A stretch of 63,877 bases of DNA, counting the filler, from Octopus bimaculoides (Eukaryota), in assembly GCF_001194135.2 (NCBI RefSeq). It is 7 parts of 7 records of this genome, joined end to end, with 100 filler letters (N's around TTAATTAATTAA, not from the genome) between each part and the next. Parts side by side here need not be neighbours in the genome. Positions count along the whole stretch, not along the records: positions 51,331 to 57,639 come from NC_068985.1; positions 57,740 to 60,052 come from NW_026300069.1; positions 60,153 to 61,931 come from NC_068999.1; positions 62,032 to 63,877 come from NC_069010.1; 3 more parts are not named here. One strand, 5' to 3'. Position 1 is the stretch's first letter. Each line of letters opens with the position of its first letter. The notes under the pieces were generated by a model. That model was not told the origin of the DNA and did no database searches. It was given only the letters and a program-made list of their open reading frames with translations. Of the stretch, positions 51,943 through 63,877 are shown piece by piece. The position numbers and the translations under genes are program-made.

Positions 51943-52522
51943 TAGGTAGGTAGGTAGGTAGGTAGGTAGGTAGGTAGGTAGGTAGGTAGGTAGGTAGGCA
52001 GGTAGGNNNNNNNNNNNNNNNNNNNNNNNNNNNNNNNNNNNNNNNNNNNNNNNNNNNNNNNNNNNNNNNNNNNNNNNNNNNNNNNNNNNNNNNNNNNNNN
52101 NNNNNNNNNNNNNNNNNNNNNNNNNNNNNNNNNNNNNNNNNNNNNNNNNNNNNNNNNNNNNNNNNNNNNNNNNNNNNNNNNNNNNNNNNNNNNNNNNNNN
52201 NNNNNNNNNNNNNNNNNNNNNNNNNNNNNNNNNNNNNNNNNNNNNNNNNNNNNNNNNNNNNNNNNNNNNNNNNNNNNNNNNNNNNNNNNNNNNNNNNNNN
52301 NNNNNNNNNNNNNNNNNNNNNNNNNNNNNNNNNNNNNNNNNNNNNNNNNNNNNNNNNNNNNNNNNNNNNNNNNNNNNNNNNNNNNNNNNNNNNNNNNNNN
52401 NNNNGGGAGTATGGGAGGGAGGGAGGGAAGTACGGAGGTAGGTAGGTTGGTAGGTAGGTAGGTAGGTAGGTAGGTAGGTAGGTAGGTAGGGAGGTAGGTA
52501 GGTAGCTAGCTAGCTAGCTAGG
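51943..52522. repeat. (TAGG)n microsatellite spanning a gap
   Basis: Directly visible. Confidence 0.93.
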
Positions 52523-55500
52523 TATCTCTACTGTATTTTTATTAAAATTGTTCCCCTGAGAAAGGAGCTGGTTTCTAACAACAATGTAAAGTTCGATCAT
52601 TGGAATATAGATAACAAAACCGTGATCACATTTTAACCTTGAGAAAAACTGTGCATAGTTTTATTGTTCCACCAACAGATCATGTTTTTTAATGTGTGAG
52701 TAAGTTGCTTGATTTCTTTGAAAATCCTAGCTTGTCCAGAATCTCAGTTAAGCATTTAATCATAAAGACAAGTGCGCCAAATGTTGTTCCTAGAAATATA
52801 AATTATAATCTCTATAGAGAAGTTGGACATTTCGGAGCAGTTGTCCGGAGTTATCCTTTTTCTCTTTCATTTTCAAAGATATATGTAGGTATGTATGTAT
52901 GTATGTATGTTTCAATTCTGTATGCTGGATTTTAAATTAGTCCCTTTATAATCGATAAGTTCCTTGATAATCAAGTATTTAGAGAGACACTGATACATAT
53001 GTTAGCATACATTTAAGTTGTAGTTTCCTCAAGTTTATTTTTAAAGCTGTATTTAAATTGGCACTTTATAAATAGAAAACAAGGGGAACACACAAAGCAT
53101 GAAAACAAACCTAAAGAACTAGAATATGAATTAAATAATGCAATGTATATCATAAGTTCATTAAACATTGATATGATTATGAAAATGCACAGAAATACAT
53201 ATATACATTGAAGCAAAGAAATGCCAAAATAGAATACATGCTATCATTTTCAGGAATTTCAAAACCGGATACGAAGAGATCTACCTGTCGTGAATAGTAT
53301 GCACAGTAACAATTTATCCTTTCAAAACGGAAGCATCATTTTTCTATAGATCAGAATATAGCTTAAACTATTTACGTCGATGGTAAACTTTGACAAGAAC
53401 ACATTAAATGCACTATAAGAGATAAAGAGTGCACTCTAAACATGTTCAGCAATTAGGAATCTTGAAAGGATTTATGTAATATTATGCTCCCAGCGTTGTA
53501 TCGGCAAATTCTAATATACGTGGATTGGAAATCGTAAGGTTTATACCAAGTTCATGCATAGAGTTGCTGTTTTTTTAAACAGTTATATATAACTCTTATT
53601 CCATAAGTTCCGATATACTTCTCTAAAAGATGGAAAGATTGATAGCAAAACCCTATCGGAAAATACACGAATAAAAACAAGATCGATAGTCCCAGATCGT
53701 CATGTGATAAAAATTTTGAATATTTTCCCTTAAAGGTTTTCTTGTTTTGCATCACGATTAAATGTGTTAGTGGAAACATTAAACAGATTTATAGAAATGG
53801 ATGCTATATCGATGCGTATCATAACAATAATGGCACTTGAAATTACGAGATATCTCAACCAAGTATAAATGCCGCACTCTTTTAGATAGAGACGAACTAA
53901 AATACAACATACTCTAAGAATCTATTTGAATATCTTTGCAGAGATTTCATAATCACAAATGTCAGCAGGTAAATTGTATGAAAAGATTGGAAAAGTACAT
54001 AGACGTATAGAGAATAAGCAGCATATGTGTAGGGGACGTTTTACTGAAGTAAAATGAAAACGCATAGCTTACCCAAATACATAAAGGCATTCACCTTGTG
54101 GCAAGAAACTGGTTTAACCACATATAGATATTATCATAATCTAATCTCATAATAAATACTCTTCTGATGTCAATATTAAACATGGTAATTATGGCTTTGA
54201 TGTAATTAGCTATTAGACACGTGGTTTTGTTGTTCGCTGTATTATGTAGTTATAGATATCACGAAAATTGTGTGGCATTCCATATGCAATCATTCATTCA
54301 TAACCTACATACAGCCATACCATAATTTTATCGTGTTATTTCTACATGTCACTAAATACGTAGGCACTAAATTTGGGAAGATGTGCTACAGAAAATCAAT
54401 ATGGACATGGCTAATAAAGGAATTATATTTGTGTAGCATTGATGGAATTGTTAAAATATGGTAAACGTGTTTAGCATATGATAAATGCATGCATACCACA
54501 GTAGATGTGCAAATATATATGTAAGTTAGGAGAGGTATGTTAACACATGAAATGATATTTATGTCTTCAAATATATATATAACTTCACATACATATATCA
54601 GGTCATCCCATAAATTCTGTCCGAATTTTGAATAAAGAAAACCAGTGATCAAATGTTATATTTAATTGAAATTTAGTTTCGACCTCCTCAAGAAGTATAA
54701 ATCCTCAACCAAGTATAAATGCCGCACTCTTTTAGATAGAGACGAACTAAAATACAACATACTCTAAGAATCTATTTGCAGGATCTTGATTTAGAAATTT
54801 TCCTAAAATACTTATGTACAGGGAACACTTCAGCCCAATTCTGATTTTTTGTAAATGCTATTGAAGAAATGTAAGCCACAACTAAATAATCTATTACAAT
54901 ATACGATAGAATAAAAAAAAAACTCAGTTTATTGAACTCAACTGAAAACAATTAGAAACCAAGAAAAGAAAACTAACGGATTTGCTACTAAATTTGAGAC
55001 ATTATCTGAGACTAGTGTACAACTATGTATTACACATTTCCTAAAAACATTTGGTAAAATCACCTTCAGATAACTGGGGCTCTAGGAAAAAAGACATACA
55101 CATTCATATGACAGAGGCATTAGATTAACAGGTGATATCATAAGGAACTCAGCCAACTGGAACGCCAGATGACTATGGATTCATATTGGTCAAAAGTGAA
55201 CGAAGCAGTTGAAACACAAATTAAGTTACCAAGAAGTAGATCAACCAGAACACTGGACTGCTGCAAATACCGTGTGCAGTTACTTAGCCACGAATGATTC
55301 CAGGCCACACATGAATGCAAAAGAGAGACGCCATTGAGTTTATCACCAATGAGGATTTGATAATATATCTTAAATATCTTAAAATCCTATACATAAATAA
55401 CAATTTCAGCATAAAAGAGTTCAAGTTTTCATCAGCAAACCTAATGACAAATTCTCCTTCATGTTCTACAGCATTTGTAAACAATTTCGCTCTATCTTTT

Positions 55501-56834
55501 ATTTATCCTTTATTTATTTTATTTTTTTAGAAATTCATTTTGTTTTTAAGATAACTTATTGCATTAAAACCTAGTGAACTCTCGACCTTGCATTATTGTT
55601 ATAAAATTCATCGAATATTTGAGCTGAACCAGTGGAATTACTACGAATATATGATTATATATGTGTGTGTGTAAATTCATAGTACATTAATATTAGAAGT
55701 AATCATATATGGCACTGTTGTCGAAGTCACATTTATGGTTAGTATTAATATTATTATGAAAATGGATACTAATGTCCGTTTTGCGCTCAAAAATATATTT
55801 CCTTTAGTCTCTTATATTTACACAAACACATATTTCTAATAGAAAACCTTAGCTGCCCTCTACACTTATCGCTCTCAAAAATTCAGAAAATATGTCCCTG
55901 TCAAACTTGAAATATCTGATTAAATCGGCAATTACTTTCTACTCAGATATCTGGCTGTAGTTCAAAATGAATATATTTAATGTAAGTTTTTTTGTTTCAC
56001 ATATCCCTTGCTAGAGTCACGTAAATGCATTTAATGCATTAATACTTAATATAAAAATGTTGCTTTGAAAGACGTTCTTATTTAGAGTATATCTATTGGA
56101 GCAATTAACGAATTATTGTCAAACTTATTATGCTTCAGTTCCACTTTAGTACATCAGTCAGGAAAACAATGTCAAATCTTTTCTTAATACACATAAAATT
56201 TATGACTTGAAACTTTCTGTTTATTTAAGGTTACATTCATATTGATCACACGAGAAACAATCAGGAACATATCTTCGTTCTGTATCTATTGTATCAATAA
56301 CTTATGACCGTTTCCAATTTTATTTGTCAGCTAACAATTTATTTCATCTTGTACTTTGCTATATCTATATATCAGGTGTCTATTGTTGGAACTGAAACAA
56401 GATTGATATTGCCAAATTTCGATTTATTCAAATAACTGCATATTATTGACAAGAAGAAGATTGTATCAAATAATATCCACACAAATAATAAATATAGCAA
56501 CCACTCCTATATTCTCAACAAACAAAAACTGTGATAACTTTTGTCAATTCTTTTTTCACATCTTAATAAAAATAATTGTTATAAATATATGAAAGGAAAT
56601 GAAATGCGGGAAATAAAATAAATTTTAAATATATTAACAAATATATACTTTATTGGATAACGTCTTAAAGTTTAAACGTTGTGACTAATAATAGCGAATT
56701 CCCAACACATCGTTTCATGTCTAAATGTTTTATGTAATTAAGTATGTAAATTATAACTTACTGTAACTCATCTTTCCTTCTCTCACACAGAGGTACACAC
56801 AAACATACGTACACGCACACACACACGGACATAT

Positions 56835-56904
<70 letters not shown>

Positions 56905-58344
56905 ATGTAGATATATATACACACATAGACTTATTATCTAGTGTAATATTTATTACAACTGAGGATGTTTGTCTGATACATAGGTTAATGATATATAATT
57001 GCTTCTGCTGAATATTTTATTTCCGTAAAGTCTAAATCGTAGCTCGCATTCGAAATCAGTCTTCACCCGAAAAGCAAAGGTCAAACTGTCGGAATTATTT
57101 TAGCACTTCTATTTTAATGAAATCCTATTGGCCCATCCTTCCTCAGAAGATTATTATTGTTTGATGTCTATCCCTTTATGAAGCATAAAATAATTAAATG
57201 GATAATAAAAATCTTAATGCTCATGCAAACTAACACATACCATTAACATTTGGCTCAAGAACTTGATATGGTCAGAGACCTAGAGTAATTCCCATCTACC
57301 AGATTTGTATGTGGAAACTCGAAAGCCGCAGAATTGTATTGGTATCAAGCTTTACGTTGTCTCTTGAATAAAAGTGTAATTGGAAATTTATAAGCTGCGT
57401 CTGTTTACTTTATTAATAATGGATATTTAGGTTCCCATCATAAACCACGTTTAATTCTTTCACGATCCACTCATCTTCATCAACCACTTTTAAAGAAGAG
57501 TAATTGTAGGAGTCAAGGATGCAATGATATGTGTATGTGTTCATTTGTGTGTGTATGTACACACACGCACACACACATGTACACACACATGTACACACAC
57601 ACACACACATACACACACACACACACACATATATATATANNNNNNNNNNNNNNNNNNNNNNNNNNNNNNNNNNNNNNNNNNNNTTAATTAATTAANNNNN
57701 NNNNNNNNNNNNNNNNNNNNNNNNNNNNNNNNNNNNNNNAAAACTCAAGGCTCAAAACCAACAAAGCTCATAAAATTCACAAGCAGTCTCTAGGAATACT
57801 TAGAATGTAGAGGGATCATTACATTCACCAATACCTTCTATATTTATATTCACGCCTGAACCTCTACGTCGTCGCGCGACCTGTCAGAAATAGGAGACAA
57901 ATAACCTTCAAATTACACCCTACTGTCTTTAGAAAGAAAAGCACGTATTGAGTAATATAGTTCGAAATACTTCTAAATAACGGGATGATCATGGATGGAA
58001 TGAATTTGATAAAAGGATTCCTCAATCAGGTTTAACTTTGGGGCGAACAATGCCAACACTGTTAAATCTCTCAGAATGTGAAAGCTGATTAAATTGTAAT
58101 TCCAAAAGCTAACAAAGTCTGAAATAGAGCATCATTACACAGGACGACCACCTTCCTATGTACATACTTAAAAACCTAGAAATACTAACCTTTGACAACT
58201 CCAATTCACATATTCATCCCCCAACTTTACAATGATTCAGACAACTACACTCTTATAATTTGTTACATAACTAATAAATTTTATTCGCAGAATACATGAA
58301 GGCTTCGAAAATACAATAATCGCTTTGCACGCACCTACCGAACT

Positions 58345-58640
58345 ATCATCGACAGTAAAAAAACCATTTGACATCATTATTTGTTATTCACTTGTGAAGA
58401 TAATACACAAGCCATTCAAATGAAACGCTAGAAAATTCTAGATAATGAACTACTTCTCATGTCGCTAAGTTTATATAGTGAGCAGTAACAATAAATATAG
58501 AATCAGTGAGTTTCCGAATGGTGTATCATAAGGATCAGCATTTTAATCACCTCTTTTTTTAAGTTATAACCACATAACCTCTTCTGCATTCGCAACAGAC
58601 AGATACACTTTATATGCAGAGTGCATCGCAGTCACACCTT
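58345..58640 (+). mobile_element. Highly decayed CR1/L2-type LINE reverse-transcriptase remnant
   Basis: KPFDII (58361), NGVS*GS (58517) and LYAECIAV (58610) match KAFD / GVPQGS / YADD at the expected ~160 and ~90 bp spacing. Confidence 0.6.
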
Positions 58641-59591
58641 CACAACATTCCCCATATACCTCTGCATAAGCAGAAGAGATAATTAATTACATGAAGAATT
58701 TTTTTTAAATGTCGTATGATTAATAAGAGAAAGGTCAGCAAAAACAACAGGACATTTGTCATCAGAAGAAATAGAAAGGAGAATAAACAGAAAAAGAAAA
58801 ATTAATCTCAACACGAACTCAAAGAAAAGAGAAGATATAAAGGGAAAGAATTGCAAACGCAAGAGATAATGAAACTGAACAATATGTGAGGACAAAATAA
58901 TGCTCATATTATGAGACAATTAAGATCAAGATGCATATGTCTTGCGGTGAACCAAGACTCAAACTTATAACCGTGACAAAATGAATGATATCTGTTAATT
59001 CCGCACATCACTGAAAAATTAATTACAGGAACTGCTTCAACATAAGAGGGAATAAAAGATCTAAGCAACTGCATTCAGACGTTCTCAAATGACAAAAGAA
59101 AAGAAGAAAAAGAAAAATGGAGAATTTTTGATCCAAAGGACTGCCACATACAGAGAATAAGGCAATATAAAGTAAACAGTGATCACTTAAAGGAAGTGAA
59201 CATAGCAATATAATCATGGATGAATTAGAATTGCTTATTTGTTTTGTGTTTCATTAAACTGTTTACCAGAATATCCAACTGATGAAAAATTAAATAACAA
59301 CATACTCTTTACAAGGGCTCAAGTTTTATTAAGGCATCAGCGGGGTTTCCCTGAATATCTACGGTAGCTAATGAGCAACCCGGAGTAAAGATTACTATCA
59401 AAACTTCGGAAATAGCATTAAATAGTATAAGTCAGCTGGACGTGGTCCTTATTGTTTCAGAATGTACAGTCAAATCTATCATCGTACGTCTATCATGCTC
59501 CTAAATGATAGTGAACAGCGACAACTCTGAGTAATAAACATGTGAAAAGCAAATAACACTAAAATAAATAAAATATATAATTCAAGGTTGT

Positions 59592-59936
59592 TTGGTTGAA
59601 ATTTGCTTGATTCAAAATCTTGACCATTTCACAAGAGAAAATGATATATGGGGAAAAGTGTACAAAATATTAGAAGTCGAGTCTAAGGAAGAAGAGAAAG
59701 CTATGATAGAAAATAAGCACTTTCCTATTGTAAATATGATATTTAGGAGAGATAGAAATTCAGATAGAGAGCTATATAACTTAGCAACACTTGAAGTAGC
59801 CGTGATATTTACGAATGAAGATGGAGAACTACTATTCTAAAGACACTCTCGTGTATTTCTCATTGTGATAATTGTGATGTAACTAGACCCAATAACATAT
59901 ATATTATGTAATCCATTTGGAGACCCTAGATGGTAG
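59592..59936 (+). mobile_element. Helitron Rep/helicase pseudogene fragment (may extend upstream to ~58760)
   Basis: KVYKILEVESKEEEKA...PIVNMIFRRDRNSDRELYNLAT.EVAVIFTNEDGE..F and LDPITYILCNPFGDPRW resemble the Helitron 'YN.PT..EVA.IF...DGEPP' and 'DPM.YPL.FP.G..GW' motifs. Confidence 0.72.
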
Positions 59937-61822
59937 TTGAATATTCAGATAAATACGAAATCAACACCTTTTAAGTAATAAAATTACCATGTTAAAATAC
60001 AAGCAATGTATATTAGCACAGACTGCAATCAGCTAATATTTCAATTTAGCTTNNNNNNNNNNNNNNNNNNNNNNNNNNNNNNNNNNNNNNNNNNNNTTAA
60101 TTAATTAANNNNNNNNNNNNNNNNNNNNNNNNNNNNNNNNNNNNNNNNNNNNATATATATATATATATGTATTTATATATGTATGTATATATGTATGTAT
60201 GTACCTATGTATGTATATATGTACATATGTATATATTTAATGTGTGTTTTTACAGATATGTTTCTCCTTTGCACAGAATGCTCAATTCCAAACGTCGGCG
60301 TGGAAAAGAAACGTATTTTAAAACTGTTTCAATGATATTTCTGCAATCTGATCATGCTTTAGTGATAATCTATTTTCAAATATTTGACATGATGTCTTTC
60401 AGGTGAATCGAATAAAATAGATAAACGAGGGGACACATCGAGCGATAAACATTTGAACTGAAAATTTATTAGGGCTTTCAAAACAAAATGAAATCAAATC
60501 ATACACATCTGTATATCTATTTATGCATGGAGCAAGCTATTTATCAATCTATTTTCTTCCTATATTTTTCCATAGTATGCATTGTTATCAAAAATCTATC
60601 GTTTCTTGAATGAATGACAATATAGCATTCAAAGGAAACGTTTGTTAACGGGACCAGTAATTACCTAAACTTTAGGAAATGTTAGAAATGCGTTTTTATG
60701 TGGCATGTTCATCAGACAATACGTTGATGATAGCCGTTGTTTGATAAGCAAAATATGTGTTAAATTTAATAATTTACTCTCTAATTTATGAAACCACAGA
60801 CTTGAAACTGCTTGAACTTATCATTTCTATTTCTCTTCAAGTTTTTCAAATACTAACAGTTTCAAAAGCTAACTGCTTTCAGCTATTAAATTTAGAATCA
60901 GTGTTGGTTCAATTTCTTTGATATATTCTGAGGCATAATATAGCTGTCAAACAAATCACTGTTAACGAAGATTTCATTTATAAAATACATACACAATACG
61001 TATTATATCTACACATGCGATATTCTTTTTCCTGTGTGCATATTTTATACATCCTTATACATATTTATGTATATGTATAAGCATATATATATATATNNNN
61101 NNNNNNACATACATACAAACGTGTTGCAGGATTGAGTTACATTTTCTTAGGATAGATAGATAGATAGATAGATTAAGATAATTTTTGCCATCAAGTTTTA
61201 GTGTTTGACTCCTATTCTCTGGCACCCATAACATCTCTCTTCACAGCATATATTTGCACCCAGTGAAATGGAAATGACATAAGATATATACGGAATACTA
61301 ATATGGTTTAGTGCTCTCTTCAAGAATTAAAGAATACTGATAAAAAAATGCTGAGTAACAAAAGAGCAACAGCAACAAGAATAGTATTGAATGAAGCGAG
61401 AAATGATTAGCGAAGCAGTATGCAAAAATAAGTAGAAGGAATGTGGTGAACATTGGATGAATGAACGAGATAAAGAAAGGAAATGAAAAAATAGAGGAAG
61501 GAATGACGAATGAAAAGGGAAATAGGAAGAATAAAGAGAAGAAATAGGGAAAGAAAGGACGAAAATATAAAAAAAAACAATTGAAGAAAACAACAAAAGT
61601 ACTATGAAACAAGAAGAAAAGAAAATAAAAGTAAAAAAATGAAAGGAAGGCTGAATATTGCTCTATCATTTCATGTATGTATGTATTTACGTACGTACGT
61701 ACCTATGTGTGCCTGTGTGTGTGTGAGCATATATGCGTGTATGCATGTATGTATGTAATGCAGGTATGTATTCATCTATGTGTGCAAGCATGTACGTAAC
61801 TATCTATCTATATTTCGATCTA

Positions 61823-61888
<66 letters not shown>

Positions 61889-61889
61889 C

Positions 61890-61931
<42 letters not shown>

Positions 61932-62324
61932 NNNNNNNNNNNNNNNNNNNNNNNNNNNNNNNNNNNNNNNNNNNNTTAATTAATTAANNNNNNNNNNNNN
62001 NNNNNNNNNNNNNNNNNNNNNNNNNNNNNNNTTGATTCTGTCCAATAGTTTGCCTTAAAATTATGGTAGTTGAGAGATAGGCCTATTATTTTTATTCTCC
62101 TAAATTTTGGTGGGATTCTGTCCAATAGTTTGCCTTAAAATTATGGTAGTTGAGGGATAGTCCTATTCTCTTGAATGTTCTTTGATATTCACTCTCATAC
62201 TTTGCCCACAGTCATTACTCTTTAGCTGTATATGCGACTATTTGTTCTTTTGCTGAGGGGCCCAGATGGAGGGTGAAGTTAGACACAGGGGCCCAGGTCT
62301 GAGAGCGTTAAGACAGCTCCCAGC

Positions 62325-62395
62325 TGGCCAGTGTCATGTCAAATCATCCAACCCATGCCAGCATGGAAGGGAGATGTTAAATGACGGTGATGATA
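62325..62395 (+). mobile_element. RTE-type 3' tail fragment (similar tail at ~62750-62780)
   Basis: ccaacccatgccagcatggaa...atgttaaatgacggtgatgat; cggacattaaacgatgatgat. Confidence 0.45.
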
Positions 62396-62777
62396 AGCAG
62401 TGTCAAGTTAAAAAAAATAAACTATTTGTTCTCTCCTTAGTATTGTGTATCTTTTAGGCTCTATGTAAATTTATATGTCCATATATATATATATATATAA
62501 ATATCTATATGCTTGTACATATGAATTTGTCTTCTGAATATATTTAGCTTATGGGTGGGGTGCATCTACATGTATACATGTATATTTATATCAAGCCTGA
62601 TTGTGTTTATCTGCGTCGCTATCTCCATATCAGCTTAACCTGGATTCCTCTGATAGCCAGTCTTTACCCAGTGGACTTGTCCTCAAAGATTTCAGCGCTG
62701 AAGCTCAAATCATTTGAGCAGCACTACAACATGGCTTCTATGCTGAGCATTTCTTGCAAGCGGACATTAAACGATGA

Positions 62778-62820
<43 letters not shown>

Positions 62821-62836
62821 TATGTAATGTATGTAT

Positions 62837-62868
<32 letters not shown>

Positions 62869-63039
62869 GTATATATATGTATATATATGTATATGTGTGT
62901 GTTCTGTACTCTGGTTATTATTATTTTTTTGTCTACGTTTTGTTTGCAATGTCCTGAACCCAGATATGCACCTATATATACAGGTAGACGTAGGTATGCA
63001 CATACCTGTACGTATATATGCATATACTCATTTATTATT

Positions 63040-63071
<32 letters not shown>

Positions 63072-63674
63072 TTCTGTGTGAGTTAGAGGTTGAGAAACCA
63101 ACCAACTAAGGGATAGTACCTCTCCAACATACTGCTGGTAATGTGCCCAATTATTCATACCCAAGTGCTGGTTATTGCGTGGCAATCTCTTAATTGAGTG
63201 TTATATATGGGCCGCGGTAAAAAGTGGTTTACCTTTAATTTATATGGCAAATTAGAATCGAATGAAAAATGTGGAAACGCATAAAAGAGCATACACATAC
63301 ACACACAGACACAGACATTTTGAGTTTTTATAGATATATAAGGAGAGAGAGAGACAGACAGAGAGAGATTCAGACAGGCGTGTGTGTGTTTTATGTGTGT
63401 ATGTGTGTCAACAACAAGACTGTGAATGTTAGATCATGTTTTGTGTTAACAATTTTAATAATGTTATAATAATACGAATATAGATTTTGGATAGATATCT
63501 GTAACTGTATAAATTCATGAATAGACAGACAGATAATTGAAGTGTACATGTGTGTGTGTGTGTGAGAGTGTGAAAGAAACTTTCTTTGTAGCTTCTGGAA
63601 ACAATAATCAGTCTGTTCTAAATAACCAGCCGATCTGATCGGAAAAATTTCAAACCTGAGCAGGTGTGTCTAAC

Positions 63675-63742
<68 letters not shown>

Positions 63743-63785
63743 CTATATACATGAAAGTATGTGCATGTGTGTAGTATATATTACT

Positions 63786-63877
63786 CCTACTCTTTTACTT
63801 GTTTCAGTCATTTTGACTGCGGCCATGCTGGAGCACCGCCTTTAGTCGAGCAAATCGACCCCAGGACTTATTCTTTT
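63786..63877 (-). mobile_element. SINE family A 3' end (runs off the window)
   Basis: Reverse complement of 34930-35015. Confidence 0.88.

Noticed and set aside
62034-62160. 47-bp direct repeat, period 80 bp
   Set aside because: Starts at a gap edge; cannot be distinguished from an assembly artefact.

Overview
AT-rich, microsatellite-saturated eukaryotic scaffold with many N gaps. The mix of SINE families and simple repeats suggests an octopod cephalopod (Octopus-like); this is inference from recognition, not a database result. No complete protein-coding gene is visible. The only well-supported host-gene piece is one + strand exon (11202-11290) encoding a start Met and a signal-peptide-like N-terminus. 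Most recognisable sequence is decayed mobile DNA: a full-length Tc1 (DD34E) skeleton; two mariner-type fragments; two Chapaev3 transposons (one with TIRs and TTA TSD); a GG-terminated MITE; Helitron and Helentron-like (HINE) remnants; an L1/Tx1-type LINE; a CR1/L2-type RT remnant; five fragments (four lineages) of R4/Dong-type REL retrotransposons in or beside (TAA)n arrays; and at least three tRNA-derived SINE families. The most interesting unexplained signals are (i) several unrelated minimal type-I hammerhead-ribozyme folds in small repeats arranged as inverted or permuted units (Penelope-pLTR or retrozyme-like), some with non-canonical cores, (ii) a 33-bp hairpin with pri-miRNA geometry at 9796-9875, and (iii) (TAA)n/(TTA)n arrays that appear to act as landing pads for several retroelements. 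Six 100-bp gaps carry an artificial TTAATTAATTAA spacer.
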